64,000 nucleotides of DNA from Tubiluchus corallicola. Its lineage: Eukaryota; Animalia; Priapulida. The notes under the pieces were generated by a model that had not been told where the DNA came from, made no database searches, and saw only the letters and a list, made by a program, of their open reading frames with translations. The position numbers and the translations under genes were made by a program. Of the stretch, positions 50,351 to 64,000 are shown piece by piece (positions within the stretch are counted from its first letter, which is position 1; every line of letters starts with the position of its first letter). The stretch spans positions 1 through 64,000 of the forward strand of contig JAQGDQ010000222.1 of the NCBI GenBank assembly GCA_030141605.1, given 5' to 3'.

Positions 50351-52052
50351 AACCCTCTTATTATACATGTACATAAATCACACACATAGTTGATAGATAA
50401 AAAATGTACGTGACCTAGCTAGTAACTAAAAACATATCACTTACAAATTTTACACACTTATTTACACACTAAGTTAAAATCACGTTTAATGACTACTATG
50501 TAATATTTTTTTCTTTTAGCTTTGAAATGTTGTGCATTTTGGGGTATATTTAACGATACCAAAAAATAGATAACGACTCGTATCTTTTACAACGATTTAG
50601 TTGGAGTCACTTTTGATCGGGTGCATAAGCGCTGCACTTTCTTGACTCAGAAATATGTTTATAAATACTAAAGTGGAAAACATTTGTAATCCAGAAAATC
50701 TTTGTATGCAGAATCAACTATTTTTAAACAATGTTCGCCTATTTGAGAATGTCAGTATTTGACAACTATTGTCCCTGGTGCCCCTATTTGTGAGGCACTA
50801 CGAAAGCCGTTATCATTATGTGAAAAATGTGAAAAAATTAACCTGAAATTTCGGGGAGGGCTTTATAGATAACTTTGGCACTCCACACATGTAATTAATG
50901 AACTAATTAACGAAGGGATTGCTTAAAATTTTTCGAATGGTGCTATACAGGTATTTCGGAGCCACACACTTCTACATATCGTGATATTTCATTTAGTCAA
51001 TGGAAAAATAGGCCTAATTAATTAAACAGTAAGATTTATTTTTAATTAACGTAATTCGCTCAAAGTTTCAAACTTTAAATTTATCCAGTAGCGGTGTGTT
51101 TGTATGATCGTATGATCTACTTTTAGACAATTACTTTTGACATATTGTCTCTCGCAATTTCCACTCTGCATTTCGATTTTTTTAATTAATTTGTTTATCT
51201 GGAAATACAAATATGCAATATATATATAAGAGAAAAAATATACATGAATAATTGATTATGAATGATTTGATACGACAGCATACATACAATTAATGGCAAG
51301 AGCAAGAACTTGAAACTTGTTCTTGAGAGCACGTCCAAATAATAATTGAAAAAAGAACAAAGAAACAAGGGTTTTAGGCAGTTTAAAAGGAAAAAAGTTG
51401 TACAAAACAAGGATAGAAGTAACCGATAAAAGAATGTTCAAAAGGATAGGAGGAGTGCCGAATTCCTTATACTGTAATTACTCCTGCATTTTTAAAAGGT
51501 TTTTTCCTAACGTTTGTTACAAGCGTTACGATTACACAGTTCGGTATGTAGACCTACTGACAAAAGACTCTGATAGACGTATTTAAATCTTTGCCGTCCT
51601 GCCGTCCATTTTGTTTTGTTCCTGACAAGCGAGAGCCAGTACCAGTAGATGTCACATTTTTCCAAACAAAAGAAGGTAAAACAGTAGTCACAGCAGTAGC
51701 AGTTGCTATATTTTTCTGCATAATACGCGCAGCATGTCGCTGCACATTACATACGTATATAACAAAAGAAACTGGCTTGGTCAATCGTCGGCCATCTACC
51801 AATGGGGAGGACTATGATGTAAACAGACCCATTAATGGTGCTAATTAGCTTGTTTACCAATTTGAGCTGTCTTGGCAAAAGGTTTATAGAGCACGTGACC
51901 AAATATACAATCTCTTTGGAAAAGTTTCGTTTTTATGCTTAACAGAATTACATATTTATGGCCTTTACTCGGACGCTTATGTGCAAGTATATTGTACTTT
52001 ATATACGTCTATAGATTTGTTTTCGGAAAATTCATGATTTTCCCCGTATAAG

Positions 52053-61280
<9,228 letters not shown>

Positions 61281-61350
61281 CTTTAGCGTTTTGTCATCTT
61301 GTTCAAGTCATACAGACCATGACACTACCGGATGAAAGAATAAATTTAGT

Positions 61351-61386
<36 letters not shown>

Positions 61387-64000
61387 AATCAGTTTTTTAT
61401 TCAAACATAGCACAGATTATAGATTTAGTTTTTATTTGCAATGCTACTTGTGAGTACGAGTTTATTTTGCGTTTTAATGTTTGTGTTTTAAATAAAGAAG
61501 TTCTAATAAACACATTCAACTAAAAAATACTGCTTTACTAATTTGTTTATTATTTTTGCAAAAAAAGTAAAAACGATGGACGACTTTAGACTAGAACAAT
61601 AACTAAACTGCAGCACTAAGCCGGCTAATTTGCGCAAAAGCAATGATTACAGCAGGAATAGGGCATGTTAACACACCACAAACAATTTTATCAGAGATTG
61701 AAAAGTCCAATCTTTTGCAACGTTGTGGCGCATTCATACGTAGAGATTTATGTTGCGACGCGTTGCGGAACTTCTCTCTGAAAGTAAAGTTGCACGTGTG
61801 AGCTTGGCAACTTCTCTCTCAACTTATTGCGCTAGTTAACTCTCAGCAACTCTCGCCGAGTTTGCAATAAGGAATCAAACATTAACTATCAAGTGAGGAT
61901 AAACAGAGAATTAGTTAACTTGCATCAGAAGTAAATATAACAACCTTCCTAAGTTTCGACTGAGCATGCGCAAAACGCATCTTCTCCTTCAACGATTGTG
62001 CAGTCTGCCACAAGTTCTCCGCAGAAAAACTCTCACAGATTTATAACCCACCAAACGCATTACCGCCATCAAACACAACCATGGCTTCACTTCACACGGC
62101 ACATTTAGTGTTAGTGGTTTCATTAGAATAATCTTCCAGTAGAAACGTGTAAGTTAAATTGTACGTGAAAGCGTTTGATGCACTGCCACATGCACGTTTT
62201 GTTGGCGTATTGATTTCAACTGATGTAGTATATAAATTAATAGTGCTTGATTATCGCTAATATTATGACTGTGATAATTGGATAATAACTCTTTCAGCGG
62301 TGGTAAGTTGGACGATGTTATCATAATTAATTCAGAGGTTAAGCAATTGACTATGTTACACGTGCATAAATAGTTTTTTGGGCAAAAAACGAATCTAATT
62401 TTGTGGCTCGCGCTTATTATTTTGTACTTTTTATGTACTCGGTATGTACTTTTTGCATAATTTATTTTGATGAGGCTCCAACCAAGGCCAATCAGAGTAA
62501 TGGGTTACAGCAAAAATTTGAAGATAGGAATAGTTTTTTGAATACATGTGCAGAGAAATATAATAAAAATAACTGTAATTTGCTAGTGATGGAAGATATC
62601 TGTATACGTTTTTCTTAAATTGAGTGAGGTTGTAGTTTTCAGGGAAGCAATTTTCTGAAAGAGAATTCCACAGGTATGAAACAAGAGGAAAAAACCTGGA
62701 TTATAAGCAGCTGTTCTACACCTAGGAATGCCTATGAGAAGCAGCAGAAAAGCGAGTACTACGATCAAATTATCGGCGTTTTAGGAACCAGAGACGAAAG
62801 GTTCCGAGTAACAACTGACCTTCGGTTTAAAAATAGCAAGTTGTGCTAAGTTATGCTATCGAAAAGTCTTAAGACGTATTTCATTTGTTTCACCAGAAAT
62901 GTTTCGTAAGTTCTGTTGGAGTTTAACATCGGGGAAATTCGTGAAATTGGGTTACCTCATCTGGCTTCAATTATAATTAACTAGATCTTGGAAGGGATGG
63001 GCTTGACTACTTAAATGGTTTATCAGGAAGGACTAAAAGTACATAACTGTGCCACATGTATAACCCAATGCAGGCGGGTAAGGGTGAGTACACGCAGAAT
63101 TATGCTTTCCAGTAGGCTTCGTGGTTATTAGGTATGGAGGAGGGTATTAGAGTTATATCTAGTTCTGTCTGCCGCAGTGTTGTCTTGGATCTTTTTTCTG
63201 CGTTTTGCCATATTCCACGAGAAGCTATATATGGATTACAGTCATCGAATACGTAATGCTGATTTAAATCTCAAAATGGACCAAATGCTTTTTGTGCCCT
63301 TTGTCTTTAAATGACTAGTTATCAGCACCAACAAAAGAAATTGCATGACCTAAATACTTTTTCTTATTTTATAGGTTTCATTTTTTCAACGCGTATTATA
63401 TCAGGATTAATCTTGCTTTAGGCGTTTTTAAACACGATCCGCATACCCTTTAAATGACCATAATTCTTAATGATAAAATTAGAATGATAAGTAAAAAAAG
63501 TCAGACAATTAAGAAAGGAAAACACGATTTTTAATCCATCATCGCGGATTATCTTCAGGTGAACAAATAATAAGAGTACATACTCAAAAGATCACAAAAA
63601 CTGTGGCTAGTAAAAGCGTATTTGTTGCAGTGCTGTCTTTTTAGTGATATTCTGCCTCTTATTCTTGTTAATTCTTGTGTTTAACGGTTATTTGTTTCGT
63701 GTGTTGCGCATTTTGTCCCTGGAAACAATGATGCGTATTACTATTTAAATCCAAGCAAGTAGTTTTTAGTGATTTTCTCAGTGTTTTCGTAATTCTTCAA
63801 TTTTTTCTGACGATAATTCACAGTCGTGAACGGAAACGTTGTGCTTTTTCTTGTTGTTTGTGTGTGTGTGTGTGTTTTTTGTTTAGCTTAATTGGATGTT
63901 ATCTTGACCAATACGATTTAGATAAATGACAGACATTATCAGCGCATATTAACTGATTCATAATCATTACACAATGATTGTGTGTATTTGTTGTGATTTG

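Overview
AT-rich, intron-rich animal genomic DNA, probably from a marine invertebrate (the repeat landscape looks lophotrochozoan, which is an inference). I reconstructed five protein-coding genes by reading splice sites by hand. (1) A divergent ionotropic glutamate receptor/IR-like gene on the - strand, running off the left edge. (2) A ~790-aa coiled-coil gene (CCDC154-like, 19 coding exons, + strand). (3) A complete 6-exon CYP2-clan cytochrome P450 nested antisense inside a 12-kb intron of gene 2. (4) An intronless animal-type homogentisate 1,2-dioxygenase. (5) A 9-exon TRAF6-like gene with a strongly diverged TRAF/MATH domain. The rest is LINE fragments, MITE-like inverted repeats, local duplications and microsatellites. 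I found no CRISPR array, rRNA or prokaryote-type system, and I cannot claim a clearly new biological system. The most interesting signals are the altered ligand-binding and pore residues of the receptor, the nested P450, the intronless HGD, the degenerate TRAF domain, a probable intron-split start codon, and an X-box-like minisatellite in a head-to-head intergenic region.
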